This document shows positions 18,103 through 20,000 of a stretch of 20,000 nt of DNA, one piece after another. Below the pieces are notes generated by a model. That model was given only the letters and a program-made list of their open reading frames with translations, did not search any database and was not told the DNA's origin. Both the position numbers and the translations under genes were made by a program. The DNA is from an uncultured virus (IMG/VR IMGVR_UViG_3300003402_000002) (lineage: Duplodnaviria; Heunggongvirae; Uroviricota; Caudoviricetes): the IMG/VR virus record IMGVR_UViG_3300003402_000002, positions 56,427 through 76,426 of that record; one strand, 5' to 3'. How positions within the stretch are numbered: the stretch's first letter is position 1; every line of letters begins with the position of its first letter.

Positions 18103-18510
18103 TCATGTGAGTTTGGTGTCTCGACCCCATGACGCAATCGAAGGGCGATCGCGCCAACCCGTGAGTTTAGTGAAGTCCGGCTCCACGCGTCGGTCGTATC
18201 CGTGGTCTCGGTTGAGATCTTTCGCCAACCACACATCGCCCAAACGCGAGGCACCAGTAACACGCCACATCCTCCCTTCAAAATCGACGAACAACTTGAA
18301 CTGCTTCATGAAAGGGTGCAAGGCCATTTGCGTTGATGCGTCACGACGGAAATACTCGAACATGAAGAACGCGTAGGCTATCCCAGTCTCACGCAAATAC
18401 ACGGGGTGGATATCAAGGAATTCGTCAATGTGGTCATACCGACGATACCATGATTCTGTCCGAACATTTTTCTCTTCNGACGCGGGGTCCTGAACAACGG
18501 GTTCATTCAN
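18103..18510 (-). CDS. Hypothetical phage protein (135 aa)
   Basis: The likely start is NTG at 18510 (ambiguous base), 7 nt after GAGGA. Contains WRVTGASRLGDVWL...GYDRRV. Confidence 0.72.
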   Translation of the reverse strand, partial: XNEPVVQDPAXEEKNVRTESWYRRYDHIDEFLDIHPVYLRETGIAYAFFMFEYFRRDASTQMALHPFMKQFKLFVDFEGRMWRVTGASRLGDVWLAKDLNRDHGYDRRVEPDFTKLTGWRDRPSIASWGRDTKLT

Positions 18511-18742
18511 GTTGACTTCCTCGATGGTTGTAATTGAGAGTGGGACCATCCTGAAAAGATATCCCACATCCTGACGGGTCGACGATTTTCAACCGCTGAC
18601 ATTTGTACAACTGCTGGCCGTGTGNGTATTGGTGGAGGGCGATCACCGCGCGTTGACAGTCGGTCTGAGTCGGAAACTGGTAGGGTAGTACCGGTTGTGC
18701 CGTGGAGGTGTTGACCAGAATCCAGATGAGTAGAGTATGCAT
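18503..18742 (-). CDS. Small protein with hydrophobic N-terminus and cysteines (79 aa), possibly exported
   Basis: GAGGAGG RBS before ATG 18742. Sequence MHTLLIWILV...FPTQTDC...YKC. Confidence 0.65.
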   Translation of the reverse strand: MHTLLIWILVNTSTAQPVLPYQFPTQTDCQRAVIALHQYXHGQQLYKCQRLKIVDPSGCGISFQDGPTLNYNHRGSQXE

Positions 18743-18779
18743 GGTAACCTCCTCGGATGTAATGGGATATTCGAGCAGA

Positions 18780-19235
18780 TCAGTCTGGTGTCTGGAGTAT
18801 AGGGAGTGCCGCAATCACCCAGAAACCGTAAGGTTCCCCATCTAACCCGTCTTGGCTTGGATGGGGATCGTGAATAAGTTTCCAACTGACATCAGCGATC
18901 TGACCTACAACTACATGAGACCAATCACCCCGTGGACTCTTACCGCTGACCATGACCAATGCTTGAGTTGGTAAAGTTAGCCAACTTGATTTCAACCACT
19001 CCCACGGTACCCAAAGTTTAACCCAACCGCGTTCCGCTAACCATTTCTGGGCGTTCGCGTGTTGGGTATCTGAGCTTTCGTCCGTATCGTAAAAGTGCGG
19101 TATTTCTGAAACAGGGAGATCCAACAAAGCCGCCAAACAGGTTTGGACGCAATTACCGCGTTCTCCTGCTGGATTATCTGATTTACCGAATCGTTTCTGG
19201 AGAGGAAAACGAGATACCTCACGAACTAGTGACAC
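18780..19235 (-). CDS. Putative papain-like (C39-like) cysteine peptidase (151 aa)
   Basis: GAGGAGG RBS. GNCVQTCLAALL...SHVVV...IHDPHP gives a Cys-His-Asp order typical of papain-fold enzymes. Confidence 0.55.
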   Translation of the reverse strand: MSLVREVSRFPLQKRFGKSDNPAGERGNCVQTCLAALLDLPVSEIPHFYDTDESSDTQHANAQKWLAERGWVKLWVPWEWLKSSWLTLPTQALVMVSGKSPRGDWSHVVVGQIADVSWKLIHDPHPSQDGLDGEPYGFWVIAALPILQTPD

Positions 19236-19245
19236 GGTTTCCTCC

Positions 19246-19620
19246 TCAAGGGTGTGGGAAGGGGTAACTATAAGTCTGTGGTGGCATGACTTGGAGAGGA
19301 CTCTCTAGCGTACGGTTGATCAACGATCGTAGGCCGTAGAGTCTGATCTTCTGAATCTTCTCCTCGATAGCTGCTTCGTCACCTAGTGAAATCGGTGGAT
19401 GTCCCTGAGCAATCAACTCGAGATTCAACACGCGAATCACTGCTACCAGATCGGTAATCTCTCCTTGGAGACTAGAGAGATTGGTTTGCAGAGTCTTGGG
19501 GTTGATATCGTACAATCCGAAGCGCGAGATCTTGAAGACTTCCTTGACGACCTCAGCGGCTTCCTCCCCCACTAACCCCACCGCGTGGAGTAGTGGGGGT
19601 AATCCATGAGACTCATCCAT
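19246..19620 (-). CDS. MazG-like all-alpha NTP pyrophosphohydrolase (124 aa)
   Basis: EEAAEVVKE..K..RFG...LQGEITDL matches the EExxE...ExxD metal-binding motif. Confidence 0.72.
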   Translation of the reverse strand: MDESHGLPPLLHAVGLVGEEAAEVVKEVFKISRFGLYDINPKTLQTNLSSLQGEITDLVAVIRVLNLELIAQGHPPISLGDEAAIEEKIQKIRLYGLRSLINRTLESPLQVMPPQTYSYPFPHP

Positions 19621-19741
19621 GGACAGGTTCCTTCGCGTCGCGAAGCTCTTCCACCGTCTTCATGCGGGTGTAGAGCGCCACCAGACGACCAAATCCNTAC
19701 ANCAGGGTACAACCTCCGATAAAAGCGAGGATGGTTTTCAT
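19613..19741 (-). CDS. Small single-TM protein (42 aa)
   Basis: Not in the ORF track. Strong AAGGAGG RBS; MKTILAFIGGCTLXXGFGRLVALYTRMKTVEELRDAKEPVHG. Assumes the ambiguous TAN codon is Tyr. Confidence 0.55.
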   Translation of the reverse strand: MKTILAFIGGCTLXXGFGRLVALYTRMKTVEELRDAKEPVHG

Positions 19742-19774
19742 GAGATACCTCCTTTACTTGAAAGTAGTGATGCC

Positions 19775-20000
19775 TTACTCAGAACGGTCGATACCCTTAC
19801 TGACGTGCACGCGAAATGCTACTGACGGTTGAGTGATCTTGATCGACCTATTCATCACGTCTCGGAAAAAGACGTAAATGTTCTCACTGGGGCAGGTCGC
19901 CACTAGCGTCGTTTCTTCCCTGGGAAGCTCTGCTGCTCGCAAAGTGGCTTGGGCAATGTGGTCGATTTCCCGTACGCGCCAACCGTCATCTTCCTCATTC
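19775..20000 (-). CDS. Hypothetical protein, 3' end only
   Basis: Open frame from the window edge: NEEDDGWRVREIDH...SKGIDRSE, stop at 19775. Confidence 0.55.
   Translation of the reverse strand, partial: NEEDDGWRVREIDHIAQATLRAAELPREETTLVATCPSENIYVFFRDVMNRSIKITQPSVAFRVHVSKGIDRSE

Noticed and set aside
18096..19702. Six ambiguous bases (18096, 18478, 18510, 18625, 19697, 19702) as possible diversity-generating hypervariation
   Set aside because: No template/variable repeat pair or reverse transcriptase is visible, and the Ns are scattered over several genes. Low coverage or strain polymorphism is the simpler explanation.

Overview
This is a 20-kb segment of a large lytic (jumbo-type) dsDNA bacteriophage genome. 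About 28 genes all lie on the minus strand, and all three stop codons appear to be used normally. Recognisable products are a class II (B12-dependent, monomeric-type) ribonucleotide reductase, PhoH, a host-like RecJ, an XRE-type HTH protein, an N-terminal-threonine (HslV/proteasome-beta-like) hydrolase, an NAD+-dependent DNA ligase, an acyl carrier protein, a truncated SPFH-like membrane protein, a papain-like peptidase and a MazG-like protein. The left edge holds two probable virion/tail-fibre genes. The most striking non-coding signal is a family of long intergenic palindromes (14-21 bp perfect stems) placed 2-17 nt after minus-strand stop codons. Seven of them end in T(A/G)TG and mostly lack an immediate U-tract. 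Two are followed by a shared TTTCAGA-NN-TATACTA motif. These signals resemble the transcription grammar of phiKZ-like phages (inference; no phage RNA polymerase or chimallin gene is in the window). Structured leaders precede nrdJ and the virion genes. Many ORF-track starts were corrected using RBS positions. Protein family calls come from motif recognition only; no database searches were run.
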